NCBI GenBank assembly: GCA_964016885.1
Contig: OZ024759.1
Span: 30,442,001-30,506,000, forward strand
DNA: 64,000 nucleotides
From: Eledone cirrhosa
Taxonomy: Eukaryota
Direction: 5' to 3'
The notes under the pieces are model-generated. The model ran no database searches, had not been told where the DNA came from, and saw only the letters and a list, made by a program, of their open reading frames with translations. Shown here piece by piece: positions 1-11,879 of this stretch; positions within the stretch are counted from its first letter, which is position 1, and every line of letters begins with the position of its first letter. Position numbers and translations under genes: made by a program.

Positions 1-21
1 AAAGAAACATATTTTCCAGAG

Positions 22-331
22 ATATAATATTAAAATACAAATATTAATAAAATAAATGTTCTTGTGATCAATTAAATTTTATTATACATATTTCAGAGGT
101 ACCACAGTACGTCCTCATCAGATAAAATAAAATGATACATGACATACCCTCAGATGTTAAGTTAATCACTACCTTGATTAAATCTTAACCATTTAACATC
201 TCAGGGTATGTCATGTATCATTTTATTTTATCTGATGAGGACGTACTGTTGTACCTCTGAAATATGTATAATAAAATTTAATTGATCACAAGAACATCTA
301 TTTTATTAATATTTGTATTTTAATATTATAT
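22..331. repeat. Long inverted repeat (~139-bp arms, ~32-bp spacer) containing an HHR-like core
   Basis: 22-160 is the reverse complement of 193-331 with ~3 mismatches. The right arm has CTGATGA...GAAA, then AATAAA, and runs into (TA)n. Confidence 0.9.
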
Positions 332-343
332 ATATATATAATT

Positions 344-532
344 GGCGGTGAATTGGCAGTATCGGTAGAGGGTCGGACGCCATGCTTTCCAGCATAGTTA
401 CGTCTCTTTACGATCTGAGTTCAAATCCCGCCGAGGTTGACTTTGCCTTTCATCCTTACGGGGTCGATAAAATAAAGTACCAGTAATGCACTGGGTAATT
501 GCTGGCCTTGTGCCTAAAGTAGAAACAATTAT
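344..532 (+). mobile_element. tRNA-derived SINE, family A (short subtype)
   Basis: A-box TGGCAGTATCGG, B-box GAGTTCAAATCCC, core CTTTGCCTTTCATCCTTACGGGGTCGATAAAATAAAGTACCAG (resembles the Meta-type SINE central domain), tail TTGCTGGCCTTGTGCCTAAAGTAGAAACAATTAT. About 18 copies or fragments in the window. Confidence 0.9.
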
Positions 533-1264
533 ATATATATATATATATATATATGTGAGCTAGAGATGCAGAACGTGTGGTATTTAGAATAATCTAGTAC
601 TCTAAATTGCACATGGTCTTTTTTTATTTTGGACACTATATATTTATAATATCTATATACATATGTATATACGTATATACATATTTATAATATCTATATA
701 CTTATTTATATACCTATATACATATATTTATAATATTTATATACATATTTATATATGTATATACATAAATATACCTGTAGCTCTGTAACTCTGTTTAACT
801 GTCTATGTGTATAAATCCTAGTCACTGTCTCTCCCCCCCTTGCTCTCCTAATCTGTCTCCCCTCTCTTCCTCAATCTCCCACTCCTTCCATCTCTCACTC
901 TCTCTCTGTCGACTGAGGCTCTAGAGACCCCCTCGATGGTTATCAGACAGACAATACCTCCTCTCCCGTATCTTCTGTCACACTCCAACATGATTGATGA
1001 TGTCGGTAATATAATATCTCACCTGGTTTTATTTACTTTCTTCCCGAACCAAAACATACCAAACCGATATAAATAAATAAATAAATAAATAAATGAAGAA
1101 TTGAATAAATAAAAAAAACGAAAGAAAGAAATCAACACCACCACCGCCCGCCATCGTCGCCACCACCACCACCGGGTACCAGGAACAATTACAACAACAA
1201 CAACAACAACAACAAGAACAAAACCAAGGGCCACAGCAACAATACCATGTACAACACTAACACT

Positions 1265-2020
1265 ATTGCAACCATTATCAACACCAACACAACTACTACT
1301 ACCACCACCACCACCACCACCACCGCCGCCACTAACAACAACAACAACAACAACACCAACACCACCATCACCACCACCAACACCACCACCGCCACTGCCG
1401 CCACTAACAACAACACCAACACCACCACCATCAACACTACCATCACCACCACCACCAACACCACCACTGCCGCCACTAACAACAACAACAACAACAACAA
1501 CACCAACACCACCATCACCACCACCAACACCACCACCGACACTGCCGCCACTAACAACAACACCAACACCACCACCATCAACACTACCATCACCACCACC
1601 ACCAACACCACCACTGCCGCCACTAACAACAACAACAACAACAACACCAACACCACCATCACCACCACCAACACCACCACCGCCACTGCCGCCACTAACA
1701 ACAACACCAACACCACCATCACCACCACCAACACCACCACCGCCACTGCCGCCGCCACTAACAACAACAACAGCAACACCAACACCGCCATCACCACCAC
1801 CAACACCATCACCGCCGCCGCCACTAACAACAACAACACCAACACCACCACCATCAACACTACCATCACCGCCGCCACCAACACCACCACCACTGCCGCC
1901 ACTAACAACAACGACAACAAGAAAAACATTCACCACAACAACAACACCAACAACAACAACTTCAATCATAAAAAGAACCACCACAACATCAACATCAGCA
2001 ACATCCACAACAAACAATAT

Positions 2021-2093
<73 letters not shown>

Positions 2094-2111
2094 CACTACT
2101 ACTATTACTAC

Positions 2112-2147
<36 letters not shown>

Positions 2148-2150
2148 TAT

Positions 2151-2219
<69 letters not shown>

Positions 2220-2225
2220 CACTAC
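1265..2225. repeat. ACC/AAC-rich compound minisatellite (~150-bp higher-order unit) followed by (AAC)n(TAC)n
   Basis: Recurrent GCCGCCACTAACAACAAC and AACACCACCATCACCACC blocks. A related copy lies at 3618-3845. Confidence 0.9.
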
Positions 2226-2618
2226 CGAATACAGAAATTAATATTTTTCTTTCTTATAGAGATAAGTGATTAATTATTTTATCACTTTTTCTTTCTTTCT
2301 TTCTCTGTATGTCTGTCTGTATGTCTCTCTGTCTGTCTGTCTGTATGTCTGTCGGTCTGTCTGTCTGTCTGTCTCTCTGTCTGTCTGTCTGTCTTTCTCC
2401 ATTTTCTACTCTACTCTAATTATCAACCGACAATCACCATCAATTAAACCTGACAGTCTCAATCACATCCATCACCATCATCACTAGCACCATCACCATC
2501 ATCACTAGCACCATCACTATGAACAGCACCATCACTCAAATAAATCATACACTATCATAACACACACCCGCGTACACACACACACAGACCCGTAAACATA
2601 TTTATAGATATACAGAAC

Positions 2619-2667
<49 letters not shown>

Positions 2668-2669
<2 letters not shown>

Positions 2670-3592
2670 TAATAATGATGGCTGCCCGTTGCAAATGGTG
2701 GTGCATATGAAAAAGTGAGTCCTTCATCAGTGACCCTCCAACCGTCCCAGGCATTTCATCGCTTTAAGGGCCATATGCCTCAGGTTGGTCCGAACAACGG
2801 CTAAAAAAAGTCGTTGGGACACGTAAATAAAGGGGACGTTAGGGTAACAAACAAAATGGTTTAAGCAACGGAAAGTGAGAAGAAATAGACAAGTCCCAGA
2901 TCTCTATGAATATAAACTCGGTGAAATCGTGAACAAGAGACAAAAGACCATCAAACCTGGTTGAAATGTGAGAAAGGAAGGAATTTCGCACAAGTCTAAC
3001 GGGGGGGGGGGGGGAGAAGAAGAAGAAGAAGAAGAAGACGAAGGGGTCTGGTCTACGAATTCGGTAAACATAAGTTTTGTGAAGTCGCAGACGAAAGAGA
3101 GAGAGAAAAAAAATTCCATACCAGCTTGACCAGAACGGGCGAGAAAAGAATTTCACACAGGTCAAACTTGAAGGAGGAGGAGGAACGAGGAGGAGGAGGA
3201 GAGGTAGTGACAGAGAATGAGTGAGTGAAAGTTGAGGAGGAGGCTAACAGAGAGAGAGACTGCTAGAAAGGGTAAAAGGTACAAAGAACGAGAAAGGGTA
3301 AAGGTACAAAGGACGAAACGGACGGATGGCAGCAGAAGAAAAATTGTGTGTAAATATGGTAATAATGATGGCTGCCCGTTGCAAATGGTGGTGCATATAA
3401 AAAAGTGAGTCCTTCATCAGTGACCCTCCAACCGTCCCAGGCATTTCATCGCTTTAAGGGCCATATGCCTCAGGTTGGTGCGAACAACGGCTAAAAAATG
3501 TCGTTGGGACACGTAAATAAAGGGGACGTTAGGGTAACAAACAAAATGGTTTAAGCAACGGAAAGTGAGAAGAAATAGACACGTCCCAGATC
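2668..3592 (-). mobile_element. Non-coding repeat family X, left module (690-bp unit plus a partial tandem copy)
   Basis: The sequence restarts at 3358 (GGTAATAATGATGGCTGCCCG...) 690 bp after 2668. Homologous to 44312-44638. Minus strand contains CTGATGAAGGAC. Confidence 0.8.
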
Positions 3593-3845
3593 TCTCTCTC
3601 TCTATATATATATATATCAACACCAACACAACTACTACTACTACCACCACCACCACCACCACCACCGCCGCCGCCACTAACAACAACAACAACAACAATA
3701 ACAACACCAACACCACCATCACCACCACCACCACCGCCGCCGCCACTAACAGCAACAGCAATAACAACACCAACACCACCATCACCACCACCAACTCCAC
3801 CACCGCCGCCGCCACTAACAACAACACCAACACCACCACCGCCAT

Positions 3846-3990
3846 ATAACAAAGGAATTGTGGTAAGGAACCAGATGGACCATAACGCACCAGAGTACTC
3901 AATACTTAGGGTAGTAGAGTGGGAAATAAGAAAAAAGTATGACCCCAACGGCAGAGCTCAAGCCGTTTCGACGGCTATTTCTGGACTTTA
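3846..3990 (-). mobile_element. Repeat family X, right module
   Basis: Close copies at 31384-31523 and 44694-44833. Minus strand begins AGTCCAGAAATAGCCGTCGAAACGGCT. Confidence 0.8.
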
Positions 3991-4098
3991 TATATATATA
4001 TATATAAAGAGAAAAAGATGAAATCTAAAATGCAACTGGAGTCTTATTTAAAACATATATATATATATTTATTTGGTTCCTTTACCGGTTTCGCAGTT

Positions 4099-4136
<38 letters not shown>

Positions 4137-4143
4137 AACTGCG

Positions 4144-4219
<76 letters not shown>

Positions 4220-4515
4220 ATATCCAATCTCGAGATATCACGTCCTCTATGATGGAGCTTTTGCTTAGATCTATCCATTAGTTAAACCATTCAATAATAC
4301 GGGATGAAAAGCAGCCCCAGCTAGTACATAAAACTTTAGTACATAACACTTTATGGGAATGTTTCGAAACCTAAGGTACCGAGTAACTGTGTCGAGCAGA
4401 CAATAATAACAGTAATGATTTCTAGTATAGACAAATGGAGAGATGCTGTAGTGAAGAAGACCCGTCCATTCCTGCAAGCAAGGAGAAACGGGATGATGAT
4501 GATGATGATGACGAT

Positions 4516-4583
<68 letters not shown>

Positions 4584-5645
4584 TTTATCCCGGGTTCAAT
4601 CGAGGGTAACCACATTAAGTAAGGCACTCAATACAAAGCACAGTATAAATATTGTGAAGCCAGCTTCCTGATGATTTCTCCCGAATGAAACAGTTCTAGT
4701 CCCGTAGAAGCTATTTCTATATTATATATATATATATATATATACATATATACACTAGGCATGATACAACGGACTAATGATTTCATCTGTAGGGTCCGAT
4801 GGAAGGCTTACCACTTCGACAAAGGACCAGCTATTAACACAAGAGAATTTTCTAAGGAGAATTACGAATTCAAATCCTGCAAAAACACTCCAAACAACCG
4901 TTGTTGTTAATATTCTTTAAGCAGCTTCTAGTCTCCTTAATTCTATACCACAGTAATGTCTGCAAATATCTCTTCTCAGCTGCTGTCAATACAATTCCTC
5001 ACCCTTGATCTCAACAGATGAACCTAAATCCAAGTACATTATTAGAATACCAACACAGTCCGTAAAACATCACCTTCCTCCTGTTGTTATAATTGTAGTC
5101 AGCATGTTTTCTCTATATATATATATATATTGCTTCCTTAACCTCTGTATTAACTTACCTATTATATTGCTACTCTGTTGGTGTTATCTTATACATGCAT
5201 GTTATTGATGCTGTGAAAGCTAAACAACCCCATGATTCGAACTAACAATCCCTTCATCTAATATAGACCACTTAAATATTGAATCCGCTTTACACCACAT
5301 AAAAATTACTATCCTCACTACAATGAAAATATTTTATCTGTCAGATAATAAATAATTCTTAAGGTCAGCAAACCTACGGTAAAGGAAATGGTATATTGTT
5401 TAAAGCCCGGGCTTATCTCTTCACTATATATAATAGACCCCATGACAGCTTTTACATGTCAATTTCATACATCTGCCTCATAGCTCATTTTAAGTGCTGA
5501 AGTCATAAGTATACTCTATGTCTTACTTAGATTGATGTGATTATTTCAACTAATTTACTGCTAGCATTGTTAGTATTGTTGTTATTGTTCTGATTTAATG
5601 CCACTACTATATATAGAAGCCATGCCTGTATATTCCCTTCATTCT

Positions 5646-5762
5646 CGCAAGCTCTGATGAATTGACTGGTTATAACTATGTATTGGTGATCGATTGACGC
5701 AGAAACAGGCGGGTAGCGATCGCTAGACCTACCAGTTCAGAGAAACAATTGTCAGCAATGTG
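5646..5762 (+). ncRNA. Putative type I hammerhead ribozyme (PLE-type) with long stem II
   Basis: Stem I GCU/AGC (extended by CGCA/UGUG). CUGAUGA at 5654-5660. 81-nt stem II region (UUGACUGGU/ACCAGUUCAG; UGGUGAUCG/CGAUCGCUA). GAAA at 5742-5745. Palindromic stem III ACAAUUGU. GUC cleavage triplet ending at 5753. Confidence 0.7.
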
Positions 5763-5811
5763 ATTAAAGCCCTTATTGTATAGCAAACCGTGTCACTCTT
5801 CTTTCTTGATT

Positions 5812-5854
<43 letters not shown>

Positions 5855-5855
5855 A

Positions 5856-5897
<42 letters not shown>

Positions 5898-6002
5898 TGA
5901 ACAAGACTTGAATCTATTCATTAATTTGAAATGACCAGGAAAGTGTCCTTTTCTATAATACCTTATACACGAGACATAATCACAGACGTGTACACACAGA
6001 CA

Positions 6003-6083
<81 letters not shown>

Positions 6084-6257
6084 GTATGCGCAGCACACAT
6101 ATCAACTATCATCAGGCAGTAGCTAAGGTAAATGACCTGTTTTGAAACTCGGACAATATTTCCGCGGGAAATGTTACACGTAAAGGACACGTTTTGAATA
6201 TATTAATAATAATCAATCTTTCATTTTTGATGATTAGCAGAAAAAACAGCTAACTCT

Positions 6258-6826
6258 TCCCTTCTCTATAGTCATGGATCTTGGGTAATGACCGAAAGAA
6301 TACAATCGTGAATACAAGTGGTTAAAGTGGGGTTCCTACGAAGAAACTTTGGAGTAACGTTACTTGATAAAGTGTGTAGCTTGGAGATCAGAGAGTCACT
6401 CCAGGTAGAGCCGCTACTTCTCCGAACTGAGAGATCACAGCTCCTATACTAAGGACATGTGGTTAGAATGTCTCAGGAAAGAATCGCTGGACAGATTTGT
6501 AGCTTGGAGATCAGAGAGTCACTCCAGGTAGAGCCGCTACTTCTCCGAACTGAGAGATCACAGCTCCGATACTGTGGGCATATGGTTAGAATGTCTCAGG
6601 AAAGAATCGCCGGACAGATTTTACGGGCAAAACAAACCGGCAAGAAATCCAGAGGTCGACCCTGAGCAAGATGGTTCGTTAACATCCATGAGCTTGGCTG
6701 GTCTCGCTTTGGGATCTAGCGGGATCAGTTGGAGACGGTTGCTTCTGACAAGTACCGCTGGAGTGAGTGTTTGAGGACTCTGCCCCCTCGACTCTCTCAG
6801 GAATAAGTGGGCAAAGAAGAAGAAAA
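6258..6826 (+). mobile_element. 5'-truncated RTE-clade LINE (Rex3/Expander-like) 3' fragment with internal 123-bp duplication
   Basis: Degenerate peptide LYSHGSWVMTER...GFLRR...LLDKVCSLEIRESLQVEPLLLRTERSQLRYCGHMVRM...GKKSRGRP, typical of the RTE ORF C-terminus. (GAA)n tail. Confidence 0.85.
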
Positions 6827-6939
6827 GAACATTTTACCTAAATATAAACAGTTTAACCATTTCGTTACCGTATTTCTAATGAAAGACCTTGCTAATATTT
6901 TTATTTTCAAATTAATTTTTATTATATTCAAGCATTTAA

Positions 6940-7878
6940 GGGTGGTGGATTGGCAGTATATGGTGGAGGGTCGGACGCCATGCTAGGGCGGTGGATTGGC
7001 AGTATCGGTGGAGGGTCGGACACCATGCTAGGGTGGTGGATTAGCAGTATCGGTGGAGGGTCGGACACCATGCTAGGGTGGTGGATTGGCAGTATCGGTG
7101 GAGGGTCGGACACCATGCTAGGGTGGTGGATTGGCAGTATCGGTGGAGGGTCGGACACCATGCTAGGGTGGTGGATTGGCAGTATCGGTGGAGGGTCGGA
7201 CGCCATGCTAGGGTGGTGGATTGGCAGTATCGGTGGAAAGTCGGACGCCATGCTAGGATGGTGGATTGGCAGTATCGGTGGAGGGTCGGACACCATGCTA
7301 GGGTGGTGGATTGGCAGTATCGGTGGAGGGTCGGACACCATGCTAGGGTGGTGGATAGGCAGTATCGGTGGAGGGTCGGACACCATGCTAGGGTGGTGGA
7401 TTGGCAGTATCGGTGGAGGGTCGGACACCATGCTAGGGTGGTGGATTGGCAGTATCGGTAGAGGGTCGGACACCATGCTAGGGTGGTAGATTGGCAGTAT
7501 CGGTGGAGGGTCGGACACCATGCTAGGGTGGTGGATTGGCAGTATAGGTGGAGGGTCGGACTCCATGCTAGGGTGGTGGATTGGCAGTATAGGTGGAGGG
7601 TCGGACTCCATGCTAGGGTGGTGGATTGGCAGTATCGGTGGAGGGTCGGACGCCATGCTAGGGTGGTGGATTGGCAGTATCGGTGGAGGGTCGGACGCCA
7701 TACTTTGTAGCATAAAGTTACGGCTCTTTATGATCTGAGTTCAATTCCCACCGAGGTAAACTTTACCTTTCATCCTTGCGGTGTCGATAAAATAAAGTAC
7801 CAGTCACGCACTGGGGTCGATTTAATCGACTTTCCCCTCCCCAAACATTGCTGGCCTTGTGCCTACATAAGAAACCAA
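6940..7878 (+). mobile_element. Family A SINE (long subtype) with its 45-bp head amplified to 17 tandem copies
   Basis: Unit GGGTGGTGGATTGGCAGTATCGGTGGAGGGTCGGACACCATGCTA over 6940-7700, continuing into a normal SINE body. 14-bp target-site duplication (TSD) TATATTCAAGCATT at 6923-6936 and 7879-7892. Confidence 0.9.
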
Positions 7879-7934
7879 TATATTCAAGCATTCAGAGGGA
7901 TTTAGTAATATAACTAACTCTGATAACTAATGCT

Positions 7935-8595
7935 CCTGTTGTTGTTGTTGTTGATGATGATGATACTAGTGCTACTACTACTGTTGCTGGGCTGATAGTG
8001 ACGGTGGTATTAATGCTGCTGCTGGTGGCGGTGGTGGTGATAACGCTGCTACTGCTACTGCTGCCGATGCTGATTTTATTGCTGCTGTTATTGCCGCTGA
8101 TGTTGTTGATAAAGATAATGCTACTGCTGCTGCTGCTACTGCTGCTGCTGTTGCTGCTGATAATGCTCGTGTTACGACTGCTACTGCTGCTGATAATGTT
8201 GATGTTGGTGGTGGTGGTGGTGCTGGTGCTGGTGATGATGGTAATCATACTGTTGCTGATGATGATGACGATAGTGATGATGATGATGATGATGACGATA
8301 GTGATGATGATGATGATGATGGCAATGATGGTGTTGGAGATGATGATGATGATGATAAAGATGGTGGCGTTGGTGATGATAATGACGATAGTGATGATGG
8401 CGATGATAGTGATGATGCTGGTGATAATGGTGGTGGTGGTGGTGATGGTGATGGTGGTGGTGGTGGTGGTGTTGTTAGGAGGCGGAGAATCGCTTTGGTG
8501 GTAGTGTTGGTGATGGTGATGGTGGTGATAGTGTTGTTGTTATTGTTGTCAGTGTTGTTGTTGTTGTTTTTGTTGTGGTTGTTGTTGTTGTTGTA
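7935..8595. repeat. Compound trinucleotide low-complexity tract (CTG/GAT/GGT/GTT)
   Basis: Visible directly in the sequence. Confidence 0.9.
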
Positions 8596-8941
8596 GTATC
8601 TAACAACAGTGTTATGAACTTTCATTATCCTCAATAATCTAGATGAAACGGTCGGTGAGTGAACATGAAACGATGACGTAAATATCTCTTTACGTCATAC
8701 ACACGCACACACATATCCACATATACAGACACACGTACACATATATATATACATACATTCATACAGAGACCCACACACACGCACATATGTATTTGAACCC
8801 GGGATAAACATATATATATATATGTACAGGTAAATACAGGTATGCACACGCATAGAGACACATGCACACACACATATTCACATATACAGACAGACACACG
8901 TACACGTATATATACATACATTCATACAAAGAACCACATAT

Positions 8942-9027
<86 letters not shown>

Positions 9028-9093
9028 GAAAAGTATAGAAAATATTGTAGCAAAAAGCCAATGTGTTTGTATGTGTGCATGTGTGTGTTTACA

Positions 9094-9153
<60 letters not shown>

Positions 9154-9247
9154 TGTACATGTAAACACACACATGCACACATACAAACACATACATATAT
9201 ATGTGCATGTAAACACACACGCGCATTCACACACACACACACATACA

Positions 9248-9429
9248 TTGCACTTAGTGCTCCTGTGGGACCCCCTACATGGACACACTGGAAGAGGAAG
9301 ACCAAGGTTAACGTATGTTGATGCCCTAAGGACAGACACTGATCTGTTGGAAAGGCAGGACATGGCAGCGATAATGAGGGACAGAGACCTCTGGAGAGAA
9401 CTCGTCCATAGGTCTCGGGAATTTTCCCC

Positions 9430-9430
<1 letters not shown>
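9248..9430 (+). mobile_element. RTE LINE family 2, short 3' fragment
   Basis: Encodes [28 protein letters not shown]...[10 protein letters not shown]. Homologous to the 3' end of 9767-10445. Ends in (TA)n. Confidence 0.85.
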
Positions 9431-9468
<38 letters not shown>

Positions 9469-9637
9469 CTTACAGTCATTCCAAATACCTTGTCTTTAAT
9501 ATAAAGTTCATTATCAATTCCACTTCCTGAATCAATGTTAATATTTCATATCACAAAACCCACTTGGGAAATTCTCTATAAACCTCTTTTACATTGGTGA
9601 TATTGGTTATCACATGGATATTTTTCATATTCTTTTG

Positions 9638-9690
<53 letters not shown>

Positions 9691-9766
9691 GCAAGAGTAG
9701 CATGTATATATATATATACATACACATATATACATACATACACATATGCCAGAGTAGCATATATAT

Positions 9767-10445
9767 CTAGGGCGGATAAAATTCCCGAGATCCATGGACG
9801 AGATCTCTCCAGAGGTCCCTGTCCCTCATTATCGCTGCCATGTCCTGCGTCTCCAACAGATCAGTGACTGTCCAGTTAACATACGTTAACTTTGGTCTTC
9901 CTCTTCCAGTGTGTCCATGTAGGGGCTCCCACAGGAGCACTGATTGCAATGTCAACTCTGGATGTCGGGGAGCATGTCCAGCTAACCTCAGTCTCCTCTG
10001 TGTCACTTTTGAGCTGACTGTTGGGAGGCTCCCATACAGCTCTAAGTTTTTCATCCTCAGTGTATGCTGATTAATGTTCAGAGCCATCCCCAGCATTCTC
10101 GTGTAGCACCCATCCACCATGTGAGTGAGTTTCTTGGTCAGTGTCCAAGTCTCAGACCCGTACAGCAGCACAGACTCCACTACAGCAATGAAGAGGCGGA
10201 TTTTCAGGTGTTTCCGAAGGTCCGACTTCCACACCGATCTCAAGCTGTGGCACGCCGCCCAGTCTTTGCTTTTCCTCTCAACCACATTATCTTCCGTATT
10301 CCCAATCTTTGTTCCCAAATACAGGAAGTCCTCAACCAATTCTAGCGGCTCCCCGCCTATATTAGTAATCCCCTCTGGCTTCTCAACATTCTCTACCAGA
10401 TATTTTGTTTTAGTCTCATTCATTCTCAGCCCCACACTCATCGAC
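9767..10445 (-). mobile_element. 5'-truncated RTE-clade LINE, C-terminal part of the reverse transcriptase ORF
   Basis: 226-aa ORF with GLRMNETKTKY, VEDFLYLG, KIRLFIAVVESVLLYGSETWTL, RRLRLAGH and GRGRP motifs of non-LTR RT C-terminal regions. Confidence 0.92.
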
Positions 10446-10605
10446 ATATATATATATAGCTCAGCCTATGTTACATCTTTTGTATCTCCGGTTAATGTTA
10501 TCACTACCAGCTGATATTGATGTCACCATCACAGTAACTGCAACAACAACAACCCCACCAAATACAATAAATAACATCACCATCATCATCACCACCACCA
10601 ACAAG

Positions 10606-11272
10606 AGCAGTGGGTTGGCAGTATCGGTAGAGCGCCAGACAACATGCTTTGCAGGAATATAGTCACGGTCCTTTATGTTCTGAGTTCAAATACCGCTGAG
10701 GTTAGCTTTGCTTTTCATCCTTACTCGGTCGATAAAATGTAGTACCAGTAACGCACTGAGGTCGATTTAATCGATTTTACCCTCACCAAAGGATTCTAGG
10801 CCTTGTGCATAAATCAGAAACCATTATTATTCGTTAGCCATCGATTCACAGTATCGATAGAGCGTTGGATAACATGATTTGCAGCATGAAGTACTGCCCT
10901 TTACGTTCTGAATTCAAATCTTCCCGAGATTAGCTTTGCCGTTCATCCTTACAGGGTCGATAAATAAAGTATCAGTAATGCACTGAGGGTCGATTTAATC
11001 GACTTTCCCTTCCCTTTCAAATTGCTGGCCTTGTGACAAAATCAGAAAGCAGTATTATTGGTAGTATCGGTAGAGCGCGGACACCATACTTCGTGACATG
11101 GAGTTACGGCGCTTTACGTTCTGAGTTCAAATCCCGCCGAGGTTTACTTTGCCTTTCATCATTACGGGGTCGATAAAATAAAGTACCAGTAATGCACTTG
11201 GGTCGATTTAATCGACTTTCCCCCTCCCCCTTCAAATTGCTGGCCTTGTGCTTAAAGTAGAAACAATTATTA
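10606..11272 (+). mobile_element. Three head-to-tail family A SINEs
   Basis: Copies at ~10606-10830, ~10843-11058 and ~11059-11272, each with B-box, core and tail. Confidence 0.88.
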
Positions 11273-11304
11273 CCACCAATATTATCTCCACTATCAGAAA
11301 AGGT

Positions 11305-11441
11305 ATTTAATTTAAGCACAAGGCCAGCAATTGTTTAGGGCGAGAGAAGAACTTCGATTAAATCGCTCCCAGAATTTGATTTGTACTTTATATTATCGAT
11401 TACAGATGGATGAAAGGTAAATTTTACCTGAGCAGGATTGG
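11305..11441 (-). mobile_element. Diverged family A SINE
   Basis: GCACAAGGCCAGCAATT and GGATGAAAGG are reverse complements of the SINE tail and core. Confidence 0.7.
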
Positions 11442-11879
11442 AAATAACGTCGTAGAAATGTTGATGGCCTCAATGACGTAAAGACCTTCAACATTATTTG
11501 CCCAGTGATCACATGATCTGTGACGTCATTATCAGTATTTCATAGACAAGATCTTAAAAATCTGTTCAAAGGTAATTCTAATGAGAAACAGGTAGTAAAA
11601 CCAATCCAAGCCGTTAGAAACAACGATTTCCATTTCTGTTTATACGAGGACCTCATATCACTAAAATCAATAATGACGTAAACACGGATATCAATACTAA
11701 AAATCACTAAGCATCATCACAATTATCGATCACTCATTATTTCTTCTGTCACCATGACCATCATTTATTCCCCCCCACTATTTCTCTCTCTATTATCTAT
11801 CTCTCTATATATATTTATACACACACACACACATAAATATACATACACACACACACATATACTATATATATATATATAA

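Noticed and set aside
4890-5420. Degenerate PLE GIY-YIG endonuclease upstream of the 5654 hammerhead
   Set aside because: Only faint fragments (SKYII..., VKEMVYCLKPGL) broken by stops. It cannot be called without a translated HMM search.
6940-7700. CRISPR-like array (also considered for 12849-13330 and 40140-40800)
   Set aside because: Units are contiguous with no unique spacers, there are no cas genes, and the context is eukaryotic.
9767-10447. Host protein-coding gene
   Set aside because: The peptide is a truncated RTE LINE ORF end flanked by TA-rich sequence, so it is annotated as a mobile element.
11470-11530. CRE-like TGACGTCA motifs (also ~14739, ~16346, ~33768)
   Set aside because: Short motifs without promoter context or other supporting evidence.
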